From Acidimicrobiaceae bacterium (GTDB taxonomy: Bacteria; Actinomycetota; Acidimicrobiia; Acidimicrobiales; Bog-793), in assembly GCA_027365385.1 (NCBI GenBank), contig DAHXNN010000022.1, positions 1-45,927 of the forward strand: a DNA stretch of 45,927 bases, read 5' to 3'. Both the position numbers and the translations under genes were made by a program. Below are positions 26,940-36,079 of this stretch, one piece after another (position 1 is the first letter of the stretch; each line of letters begins with the position of its first letter). Under the pieces are notes generated by a model. It did not search any database. It was not told the origin of the DNA and saw nothing but the letters and a program-made list of their open reading frames with translations.

Positions 26940-28181
26940 GTGAGCTTCGTCGAAGGTCTGCGTTGCCGTGAGTGTGGCCGCGTCTATCCCGCCGCCGCAT
27001 CCCATGTGTGCGACTTCTGCTTCGGTCCCCTCGAGGTCGCCTACGACTACGAGGCAGTCGCGGCGAGCATCTCCCGGGAGAAGATCGCGGCGGGGCCGGC
27101 GACGATCTGGCGCTACGCGGACCTGCTCCCAGCGTCGGCCGAGTCCCCCGTCGAGCTCGGTGCGGGCTTCACGCCCCTCGTGCGGGCCGATCGCCTCGCT
27201 GCCGAGCTCGGCCTCGGTGAGCTCTACGTGAAGAACGACACCCGCAACCCGACAGGGTCGTTCAAGGACCGCGTCGTGTCCGTGGCCCTCACCAAGGCGC
27301 GCGAGCTCGGCTTCAAGATCGCCGCCTGCGCCTCCACCGGCAACCTCGCGAACTCCGTGGCGGCCCACGCGGCGCGCGCTGGCATGCAGTCCTACGTCTT
27401 CGTGCCGAAGGACCTCGAGCGCGTGAAGATCCAGACGACCGCTGTGTTCGGAGGCAACCTCATCGCCGTCGACGGCAACTACGACGACGTCAACCGCCTT
27501 TGCGCCGAGCTCGCCAGCGAGCACACGGACTGGGCGTTCGTCAACGTCAACGTCCGCCCCTACTACTCGGAGGGCTCGAAGACCCTCGCTTTCGAGGTCG
27601 CCGAACAGCTCGGATGGACAGTGCCGGACCACGTCGTGGTGCCGATCGCCTCCGGCAGCCAGCTCACCAAGATCCACAAAGGCTTCCACGAGCTCGGGCT
27701 CGTGGGCCTCGCAGACGGCGGCGACGGCGTGCGGATCTCCGGCGCGCAGACGGCTGGCTGCTCGCCGGTCGCGACGGCCTTCGCAGAAGGCTCCGACGTC
27801 GTGCGGCCCGTGCGCCCGGACACGATCGCGAAGTCGCTCGCGATCGGCAATCCTGCCGACGGCTACTACGCGCTCGGCGTGGTCCGCTCGAGCGGGGGCG
27901 CCATCGCCTCGGTGACCGACGACGAGATCGTCGAAGGCATGAGGCTGCTCGCCCGCACCGAAGGGATCTTCGCCGAGACCGCCGGCGGGGTGACGATCGC
28001 GACGCTCGCGAAGCTCGCCGCCGCCGGGATCGTCCGGCGCGACGAGCGCGTGGTCGCCTACGTCACCGGCACCGGGCTGAAGACCGTCGAGGCGCTCGGC
28101 GACACCGTCGGGCCGTCAGCTGTCATCGAGCCGACGCTCGAGGCATTCGCAGCGATCCAACAGGAAGGACTCATGAGATGA
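26940..28181 (+). CDS. threonine-synthase-family PLP enzyme with an N-terminal CxxC...CxxC zinc ribbon (candidate sulfur-carrier-dependent homocysteine synthase)
   Basis: LRCRECG...VCDFC ribbon, PLP-lysine motif NPTGSFKDR, ASTGN, fold-type-II body. GTG 26940 has the best SD; ATG 26880 and ATG 26922 are alternatives. Confidence 0.88.
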   Translation: MSFVEGLRCRECGRVYPAAASHVCDFCFGPLEVAYDYEAVAASISREKIAAGPATIWRYADLLPASAESPVELGAGFTPLVRADRLAAELGLGELYVKNDTRNPTGSFKDRVVSVALTKARELGFKIAACASTGNLANSVAAHAARAGMQSYVFVPKDLERVKIQTTAVFGGNLIAVDGNYDDVNRLCAELASEHTDWAFVNVNVRPYYSEGSKTLAFEVAEQLGWTVPDHVVVPIASGSQLTKIHKGFHELGLVGLADGGDGVRISGAQTAGCSPVATAFAEGSDVVRPVRPDTIAKSLAIGNPADGYYALGVVRSSGGAIASVTDDEIVEGMRLLARTEGIFAETAGGVTIATLAKLAAAGIVRRDERVVAYVTGTGLKTVEALGDTVGPSAVIEPTLEAFAAIQQEGLMR

Positions 28182-28453
28182 GCGTCTCCGTACGCATCCC
28201 GACCCAGCTTCGCCAGCTCACAGGCGGCTCCGGCGAGGTCGCCGTCGAGGCGGCCACGGTACGCGAGGCACTCGCCTCGCTCGACTCGCTCCATCCCGGC
28301 ATCGGCGAGAGGCTCCTCGACGACAACGGCGCCCTGCGCCGTTTCGTCAACTTGTTCCTGGCCGACGAGGACGTCCGCTTCCTCGAGGGGCTCGACACAC
28401 CCGTCAGCGACGGCCAGACCCTGTCCGTCGTGCCGGCGGTCGCCGGAGGCTGA
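28178..28453 (+). CDS. MoaD/ThiS/CysO-family ubiquitin-like sulfur carrier protein
   Basis: 91 aa ending ...LSVVPAVAGG*. The ATG overlaps the upstream stop (ATGA 28178-81). Confidence 0.85.
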   Translation: MSVSVRIPTQLRQLTGGSGEVAVEAATVREALASLDSLHPGIGERLLDDNGALRRFVNLFLADEDVRFLEGLDTPVSDGQTLSVVPAVAGG

Positions 28454-29621
28454 CGACCGCGAGCCCGACCGCGGCGGTGCCGAGCGCCGCTCCGAGAGCG
28501 GACACCCCCGCCCAGCCCGCACGCGCGTAGAGGAGCCCCGACAGCGCTGACGCGGCGGTGCCGCCGACGAAGTAGGAGACCATGTAGACCGCGTTGAGGC
28601 GCGCACCCGCGTCCGAGCGCAGCCGGTATATCTCGCTCTGGTTCGTGATCTGCATCCCCTGGGCGCCGACATCGAGGACGACGATCCCGACGACGAGCGC
28701 GGCGAGCGAGTGCGCTCCGACGTAGATCGGCAGGAACGACGACGCCAGGCACACAGCCGCGAACACGGTGAGCCGTGGCGCGTGCCCACGGTCCGCGAGC
28801 CGTCCCGCAAGGCTCGCCATGAGCGCTCCTGCGGCTCCCACCAGGCCAAACAACCCGATGCGGTCGACACCGTAGTGATAAGGCGCACCCGCGAGGAGGA
28901 ACGCCACGCACGTCCACAGCGTGCTGAAGCAGCCCATGCCGAGCGCGCCGAGCAGGGCGCGGCGCCGGAGCACGGGCTCGGTGCGCAACAGCTCGACGAG
29001 TGACGCGAGGAGCCGGGGGTAGGCAAGGCCGGAAGACGGGCGGAAGACGGGGAGCCGCGCACGGAGTGCGAGCGCCGTGCTCGCCATCGCCCCAGCGGCG
29101 AGGTAGAGGAGCACCCGCCAGCTTGACGCCCCGGCGACGAAGCCCGCGAAGGTCCGCGCGAGCAGAATCCCGAGAAGCAGCCCGCTCATCACCGATCCGA
29201 CGACGCGGCCGCGCTCGCGAGCCGGCGCGAGCGCGGCCGCGAACGGGACGAGCATCTGCGCGACGACCGCCGAGGCGCCGACAAGGAGGAGCCCAACGAG
29301 CAGCAGCACGAAGTCGGGTGCCGACGCGGCAGCGACGAGCGCTCCCGCGCACACCAGGGCCGTCGTGACCACGAGCTTCCTTCGCTCGACGAGGTCGGCC
29401 AAAGGCAGGAGCAGCGCTAGCCCGAGGACATAGCCGAGCTGCGTCGCCGTCGTCGCGAGCGCCGCCACGGCCGCCGGAACGTGGAAGTCGTGGCGCAGGA
29501 GGGGAAGCAGGGGTTGGAGGTAGTAGAGGTTCGCCACCGAGACGCCGACCGCCACAGCGAAGAGCGCGACAAGGCGCCCGCCGACCGCGGAGCCACCGGC
29601 TCCCACGTCGCGCTGGCCCAC
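28404..29621 (-). CDS. MFS transporter (12-TM type)
   Basis: Polytopic hydrophobic protein with the MFS motif LADLVERRK after TM2. GTG 29621 is chosen because upstream codons run into the groEL promoter and gene. The 3' end overlaps the convergent carrier gene by 50 nt. Confidence 0.8.
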   Translation of the reverse strand: MGQRDVGAGGSAVGGRLVALFAVAVGVSVANLYYLQPLLPLLRHDFHVPAAVAALATTATQLGYVLGLALLLPLADLVERRKLVVTTALVCAGALVAAASAPDFVLLLVGLLLVGASAVVAQMLVPFAAALAPARERGRVVGSVMSGLLLGILLARTFAGFVAGASSWRVLLYLAAGAMASTALALRARLPVFRPSSGLAYPRLLASLVELLRTEPVLRRRALLGALGMGCFSTLWTCVAFLLAGAPYHYGVDRIGLFGLVGAAGALMASLAGRLADRGHAPRLTVFAAVCLASSFLPIYVGAHSLAALVVGIVVLDVGAQGMQITNQSEIYRLRSDAGARLNAVYMVSYFVGGTAASALSGLLYARAGWAGVSALGAALGTAAVGLAVVSLRRPPARRTGSGRR

Positions 29622-29691
29622 CGCGCCGGAGGTTAGCGGCCCGGGTGCCGAGCAGGCGATCTTGCACGCCGGGCCGCGGCGTGGTTTGCTA

Positions 29692-29718
29692 TTGGCACTC
29701 GACACAGGAGAGTGCCAA
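29692..29718 (+). promoter_or_regulatory. CIRCE operator (HrcA binding site)
   Basis: TTGGCACTC-N9-GAGTGCCAA is a perfect 9-bp inverted repeat, 42 nt upstream of the groEL ATG (consensus TTAGCACTC-N9-GAGTGCTAA). Confidence 0.92.
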
Positions 29719-29744
29719 AGGCTCGGCGTCGCCGAGCGACCTAG

Positions 29745-31385
<1,641 letters not shown>

Positions 31386-31455
31386 AGCTCTCGAGCTCGG
31401 CGACGCTTCACGCCTCGCCGGCTCACACGCTCCAGCAGCACCGGACGGCAGCAAC

Positions 31456-31487
31456 GAAGACGGGTCGCCGCGAGGCGGCCCGTCTTC
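31456..31487 (+). terminator. stem-loop terminator downstream of groEL
   Basis: GAAGACGGGTCGCC-GCGA-GGCGGCCCGTCTTC forms a 14-bp stem (one G-U) with a 4-nt loop. There is no U-tract, as is common in high-GC actinobacteria. Confidence 0.6.
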
Positions 31488-31493
31488 GCGCCC

Positions 31494-31528
31494 GGGCGTC
31501 GGGCGTCGGGCGTCGGGCGTCGGGCGGC
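31494..31528. repeat. heptanucleotide tandem array (GGGCGTC)x4 plus one imperfect unit (GGGCGGC), immediately upstream of the chdC promoter -10
   Basis: Counted directly. The array ends 3 nt before TACACT (31532-37), which ends 6 nt before GTG 31544. Confidence 0.95.
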
Positions 31529-31543
31529 TCGTACACTGGCGCC

Positions 31544-32335
31544 GTGGGCGACGACGAGCAGAGACAGATGACCGAGCGGCGCGACGACGGCACGCACGAG
31601 CGTGCCAGGGTGCACGAGGACCAGACACCGCGAGCGGGCGTCGAATGGCCGGGGTGGAGCGTCCTGCACCTGTTCTGCACGGTCCGCCCGGATGTCGACG
31701 GCCACGCCGTCGAGCTCGCGGTCAAGCAATGCGAGGCGGACGGCCACCAGGTCGTGGCTGTCGCGATGCTCGGCCACAAGGCCGACCTCGGGATCGTCGC
31801 CCTCGGACCGTCGGCGGCACGCCTGCGGGCGCTGCAGACGGCTCTGAAGCGAGCAGGCTGCACGATCACCTACTCCTACGTCTCGCTCACGGAGGTGTCA
31901 GAGTACGCCCGTGGGATCCCCGAGCAGATGCGCGAGGCTCGCCTGCACCCGACGCTGCCGCCAGCGGGAATGAGCGCCTTCTGCTTCTACCCGATGTCGA
32001 AGCGGCGCCTCGGCGAGGAGAACTGGTACCAGCTGGACCACGAGGAGCGCCTTGCGCTCATGCACGGCCACGGTGCGTCCGGTCGGACCTTCCACGGCCG
32101 GGTCCTCCAGCTCATCACCGGCTCCACGGGCCTCGACGACTGGGAGTGGGGAGTGACGTTGTTCGCGACGAGCGCAGACGACCTGAAGGACTGCGTCTAC
32201 ACGATGCGCTTCGACGAGGCGTCGGCGCGCTACGCGGAGTTCGGCCCGTTCCTCACGGGAACCGTCGGTCCACTCCGCGAGGTCCTCGACGCGATCGGGC
32301 TCGACGCGATCGGGCCCGGCGGGGCGCTCTCGTGA
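31544..32335 (+). CDS. chdC: hydrogen-peroxide-dependent heme synthase (coproheme decarboxylase) ChdC/HemQ, chlorite-dismutase family
   Basis: GWSVLHLF, AFCFYPMSKRR, NWYQL..EER..LM..HG..GR and WEWGVTLFA are family patterns. ATG 31568 is an alternative start. Confidence 0.88.
   Translation: MGDDEQRQMTERRDDGTHERARVHEDQTPRAGVEWPGWSVLHLFCTVRPDVDGHAVELAVKQCEADGHQVVAVAMLGHKADLGIVALGPSAARLRALQTALKRAGCTITYSYVSLTEVSEYARGIPEQMREARLHPTLPPAGMSAFCFYPMSKRRLGEENWYQLDHEERLALMHGHGASGRTFHGRVLQLITGSTGLDDWEWGVTLFATSADDLKDCVYTMRFDEASARYAEFGPFLTGTVGPLREVLDAIGLDAIGPGGALS
32286..32315 (+). repeat. 15-nt perfect in-frame tandem duplication (TCGACGCGATCGGGC x2) encoding LDAIG-LDAIG at the ChdC C-terminus
   Basis: Read directly: 32286-32300 is identical to 32301-32315. 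Confidence 0.9.
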
Positions 32336-33273
32336 GCGCCGCAGGAGCGCCGCCAGCCGGCGCAGAGGCCGTGATCTGGGCCCGCGAGACGGACTCGCAA
32401 GGACGGCTCGGTCGCCTCGTGGACGTGCTCGAGCTCCTGGGTCCGGTCGTCGTGGCCTTCTCCGGTGGAGCTGACTCGACGCTCCTCGCCGTCGTGGCCA
32501 CGCGCGTCCTCGGCCGGGACCTCGTGCACTGCGTCACGGCCGACTCGGCCTCGCTCGCCCCCGAGGAGCTCGCCGACTGCGAAGCGCTCGCAACCGAGTG
32601 GGACCTTCGCTGGAGCGCTCTCGGCACGTCCGAGCTCGAGGACCCGTCCTACGTGGCGAACGGGCTCGACCGTTGCTATCACTGCAAGAACGAGCTCATG
32701 ACGACTCTCGCGCCGGTCGCCGTGGACGAGGGAGGGACCGTCGTGCTCGGGGTGAACCTCGACGACCTCGGCGACCACCGTCCGGGCCAGAGAGCTGCAG
32801 CCGAGCGCGGGGCGGCGTTCCCTCTCGTGGACGCGGGGCTGACGAAGTCGGACGTTCGCGCGTTGTCACGCATCCTCGGCCTACGGACCTGGGACAAGCC
32901 GGCGGCCGCCTGCCTCGCATCGCGCGTGCCGCACGGCACCGCAGTCTCGGCCGAGCTGCTCGGGCAGGTCGCCCGAGCGGAGTCTGCGCTGCGCAGGCTC
33001 GGGTTCCAGAGCCTGCGGGTCCGCCACTACGGCGACACCGCCCGCCTCGAGGTGGAGCTCGCCGACCTCTCCCACGTCGTGGAGCTTCGTGAGCGGGTCG
33101 TCGGTGCCGTGCACGGTGCCGGCTACCGCTACGTCACGGTCGATCTCGAGGGGCTCCGCTCCGGCAACGTCTCGCGTGCCGCTCTCGACGACGAGCGGGC
33201 TCGTGGCGCGTCACCGGGTGCCTCCCCGACGGGCGTGAGCGCGTCGGTCTCCATCCTCGGCACGCGGAGATGA
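32332..33273 (+). CDS. larE: LarE-like PP-loop ATP-dependent sulfur transferase (TIGR00268-type)
   Basis: PP-loop VVAFSGGADS, three conserved Cys (DRCYHCK and AACLASR), C-terminal ARLE...TVDLEG. GTG 32332 overlaps the chdC stop (GTGA). Confidence 0.75.
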   Translation: MSAAGAPPAGAEAVIWARETDSQGRLGRLVDVLELLGPVVVAFSGGADSTLLAVVATRVLGRDLVHCVTADSASLAPEELADCEALATEWDLRWSALGTSELEDPSYVANGLDRCYHCKNELMTTLAPVAVDEGGTVVLGVNLDDLGDHRPGQRAAAERGAAFPLVDAGLTKSDVRALSRILGLRTWDKPAAACLASRVPHGTAVSAELLGQVARAESALRRLGFQSLRVRHYGDTARLEVELADLSHVVELRERVVGAVHGAGYRYVTVDLEGLRSGNVSRAALDDERARGASPGASPTGVSASVSILGTRR

Positions 33274-33506
33274 AGATCCGGGTCCGGCTCGTCTTCCCGG
33301 ACGCCTTGGTGCGCGAGCCCGTCATCGCCCGCCTCGCGAGAGACTACGCGGTCGAGCCCAACATACGTCGTGCGGCCGTCGAGGAGGACTCCGGCTGGAT
33401 CGTGTGCGAGCTCGCCGGCGAGACGAGCTCGGTGAACAGCGCTCTGGCGTGGCTCGCCGACACAGGAGTGAGCGTCGAGAGGCTCGGCGACGTCGTCGAG
33501 AGCTGA
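33270..33506 (+). CDS. stand-alone NIL domain protein
   Basis: 78 aa. IRVRLVFPDALVREPVIARLARDYAVEPNIRRAAVEEDSGWIVCELAG...ALAWLADTGVSVERLG follows the NIL pattern seen in the MetN C-terminal domain. ATGA overlap with the larE-like stop. Confidence 0.75.
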   Translation: MKIRVRLVFPDALVREPVIARLARDYAVEPNIRRAAVEEDSGWIVCELAGETSSVNSALAWLADTGVSVERLGDVVES

Positions 33507-33525
33507 CCGCCGTCGGTCAGCTCTC
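33498..33525. terminator. bidirectional stem-loop containing both convergent stop codons
   Basis: GAGAGCTGACC-GCCGTC-GGTCAGCTCTC is a perfect 11-bp inverted repeat. The + strand TGA (33504-06) and the - strand stop (33517-19) lie in opposite arms. Confidence 0.6.
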
Positions 33526-33720
33526 CGGGGCGCCGCCGGAGATGTCGGGGTCGCCGACGTGCCATCCGGCGGTCGAGGTCGAGCGCCGCTCGTAGAACAC
33601 GCACCCGTCGGGGCAGGCGAACGGGACTGCAGAGCTCGCGCCGAGCCGGCACTGCTCGACGCGATCGCCCGAGCGGACGGTCTGCATGACGTAGTGACGG
33701 CAGTCGGCGCGGGCAGCCAT
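33517..33720 (-). CDS. 67-aa four-cysteine miniprotein (hypothetical; possible metal/Fe-S binding)
   Basis: MAARADCRHYVMQTVRSGDRVEQCRLGASSAVPFACPDGCVFYE... has exactly four Cys, ending in a CPDGC pair. Start is ATG 33720, or ATG 33738 six codons upstream. Confidence 0.5.
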   Translation of the reverse strand: MAARADCRHYVMQTVRSGDRVEQCRLGASSAVPFACPDGCVFYERRSTSTAGWHVGDPDISGGAPES

Positions 33721-33764
33721 GGCTCCATGGTCGCGCACCAGGCGGGCCGGGTAGCGTCGCGCAG

Positions 33765-34484
33765 GTGACAGGGGAGCCGGTAGCCGTCCGCGACCTGCTC
33801 CGCTGGAGCGAGACGCTCGCGGCGATCGCCCGGACGGGCATCGGGTTCACCTCGAGCACCTACGAGCGGGAGCGCTACGAAGAGGTCCTCGCCGTCGCCG
33901 CGGAGATCTCCTGGGACGCCCGGCATCGCCTCGCGACCGCCGGCCATCGACCTCCCGCCGACGATCCGGCGCAGCTCGTGCAGGAGTGGCTCGCCGACGT
34001 GCGACCTGGGGTGGCGGGCTACGTCACGCCGAGGCTTTCCGTCGGTGCGATCGTCGGCAACGACGCCCGCGAGATCCTCCTCGTCCAGCGGCGCGACTCG
34101 GGCGTCTGGCTCTACCCGACGGGCTGGGCGGACGTCGGCTACTCCGCCTCGGAGGTCGCCGTGAAGGAGGTCGCCGAAGAAGCCGGGCTCGCCGTCGAGC
34201 CCGTGCGCCTCGTCATGGTGCTCGACGGGCTGCGGCTCGGCTTCTCCCGCAGCCCGATCTACTCGCTCGTTTTCCACTGCCGCCTCACGGGGCCGGCCGC
34301 CGAGATCCGCCCACACCCTCTCGAGTGCGCGGCAGCCGCGTGGTTCCCTCGGGACCGCCTGCCGTCGCCCCTCGCGGGCGCACGAGGCTGGGCGGAGCGC
34401 GCTTTCGACGCGATCGACGGCAAGGCTGTCGAGGTGCTCTTCGACGTGCCCCGAGCTCCGTCGTGGCGCCGCGACGACGCCTAG
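33765..34484 (+). CDS. NUDIX hydrolase with an N-terminal Nudix_N_2-type helical domain
   Basis: The Nudix box region GWADVGYSASEVAVKEVAEEAGL (GX5EX7REUXEEXGU-like) is preceded by LLRWSETLAAIARTGIGFTSSTYERERYEEV. Confidence 0.82.
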   Translation: MTGEPVAVRDLLRWSETLAAIARTGIGFTSSTYERERYEEVLAVAAEISWDARHRLATAGHRPPADDPAQLVQEWLADVRPGVAGYVTPRLSVGAIVGNDAREILLVQRRDSGVWLYPTGWADVGYSASEVAVKEVAEEAGLAVEPVRLVMVLDGLRLGFSRSPIYSLVFHCRLTGPAAEIRPHPLECAAAAWFPRDRLPSPLAGARGWAERAFDAIDGKAVEVLFDVPRAPSWRRDDA

Positions 34485-34519
34485 CCGCCTCGTCCCGCGG
34501 GCGCCGCACCCGACTGCGC

Positions 34520-35437
34520 TCAGCTGCGGCGCTTGTTCCGCAGGAAGCGCTCGATCTCCTCGGCGAGCCCTTCGGCGGAGAGCTCGGACCCGACGACTTC
34601 CTGCATCTCCTCGAGGCGGGCCACGTAGGCCGCCACCCCCTCGTCCTCCCGGACGAGCTCGTCCATGTGCCGTTCGTACTCCGCCGCCTGCTCCTCGAGC
34701 TCGGTGGTGCCGACAGTCCGCCCGGTGATCTCGGTCACGACGCGGACGAGAGCGAGCGTCGCCTTGGCGGACACGGGCAGGGAGTAGCACGGCACGCTCG
34801 CCCAGACAGAGGTCGTCGGGATCCCCGCCTCGGGAAGCGCCAGGCCGAGGACACCGACGATGCCCGTCGGGCCCTCGTAGTGCGACGGGGCGAGGTCGAG
34901 GCGGTCGAGCAGCCCCCGGTGGCTCGACACCGCGTTGACCGGCACGGGACGCCCATGGGTGACCTCGGACAGGTAGGCACCGAGCGTGACGACATGCTCT
35001 GCGTTGAGAGCCTTGGCGATCTCGGCGACGACTGCGCAGTAGCCCTGCCAACGCAGCTGCGGCTCGTGCCCCCGGATGAGCACGACGTCCCTCTCGCCCG
35101 GAGGGGACAGTGCGACGGAGACAGACGTGGACGGCCAGGCGATCTCACGGGCGCCGCCGTCGACGATGGCCACCTCCGGCCGGACCTCGGTGAAGTCGAA
35201 GAACTCCTCCGCGTCGATCTCGGCGACAGCGGATGCGCCCCAAGATCGCGCGAGATATCCGAGCGCGCTCGACGCCGCCTCGCCGGCATCGTTCCAGCCC
35301 TCGAAGGCCGCGAGCACGATGCTGCGCTCGAGCGCCGGACGGCGCAGATAGCGGACGGCTGCCGGCCGACGGTCGCCGCGCAGCCACGCGAGCGGCAGCG
35401 AACGTCGCCTCTGTCCTGCGATCCGCCGCTCGTCCAT
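34520..35437 (-). CDS. PAC2 (proteasome assembly chaperone 2-like) family protein
   Basis: LAAFEGWNDAGEAAS...GPTGIVGVL...CYSLPVSAKATLAL are family patterns. ATG 35437 has a GGGAGG SD 8 nt upstream (GTG 35452 is an alternative). Confidence 0.8.
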   Translation of the reverse strand: MDERRIAGQRRRSLPLAWLRGDRRPAAVRYLRRPALERSIVLAAFEGWNDAGEAASSALGYLARSWGASAVAEIDAEEFFDFTEVRPEVAIVDGGAREIAWPSTSVSVALSPPGERDVVLIRGHEPQLRWQGYCAVVAEIAKALNAEHVVTLGAYLSEVTHGRPVPVNAVSSHRGLLDRLDLAPSHYEGPTGIVGVLGLALPEAGIPTTSVWASVPCYSLPVSAKATLALVRVVTEITGRTVGTTELEEQAAEYERHMDELVREDEGVAAYVARLEEMQEVVGSELSAEGLAEEIERFLRNKRRS

Positions 35438-35537
35438 CACACCGCCTCCCACTCCCAGACACTACCGGCCGAGGAACAGGCCACCCGCCGCGCCCCCAAG
35501 CCGGGCCGGACCGGGGCGGCTCTGTATGCTCCCGTGA

Positions 35538-36062
35538 GTGAGCGACCGGCAAGGACCTTCCGCCGGGCGCGGGGCCGGTCCGCCGACTGCGCCCGACGCG
35601 CTCCCCGGCGATCTCGTCGTCGAGCGCGTGCTCGAGGTGACCGGCGCCCAGGCCGATGCTCTCGGGCGGCTCTTGCCGCAGCTGTCGGATGCTCCCCCGC
35701 CGAGCCGGGCCGCTCTCTCGACGATGGCAGCCGCCCCGGGCTGCGCACTGCTGCTCGCGAGCATCGGGGACACCGTCGTCGGTTCGCTCACCCTCGTGGT
35801 GTTCCAGATCCCGACGGGAATGCGGGCGATCGTCGAGGATGTCGTCGTCGACTCGGCGTCTCGAGGGCGCGGGGTCGGATCCGCTCTCGTCGCCGAGGCG
35901 CTCGAGATCGCCCGCGCCGCTGGCGCTCGCAACGTCGACCTCACGTCCCGGCCGAGCCGCGAGGCGGCGAACCGCCTCTACGCCCGGTCCGGCTTCGCGC
36001 GCCGGGAGACGAACGTCTGGCGCTTCAGCTTCTCGACGCCGGAGCGCACGCCACGCGACTAG
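35538..36062 (+). CDS. GNAT family N-acetyltransferase
   Basis: Acetyl-CoA binding motif A: VVVDSASRGRGVGSALVAEALEIARAAGA...LYARSGF. Confidence 0.85.
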   Translation: MSDRQGPSAGRGAGPPTAPDALPGDLVVERVLEVTGAQADALGRLLPQLSDAPPPSRAALSTMAAAPGCALLLASIGDTVVGSLTLVVFQIPTGMRAIVEDVVVDSASRGRGVGSALVAEALEIARAAGARNVDLTSRPSREAANRLYARSGFARRETNVWRFSFSTPERTPRD

Positions 36063-36079
36063 TTCGCTAGCCTAACGAT

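Noticed and set aside
33129-35051. 640-aa - strand ORF, and the 694-aa + strand ORF 33986..36070
   Set aside because: They overlap the NIL, NUDIX, PAC2 and GNAT genes in wrong frames or strands. Their composition is low-complexity.
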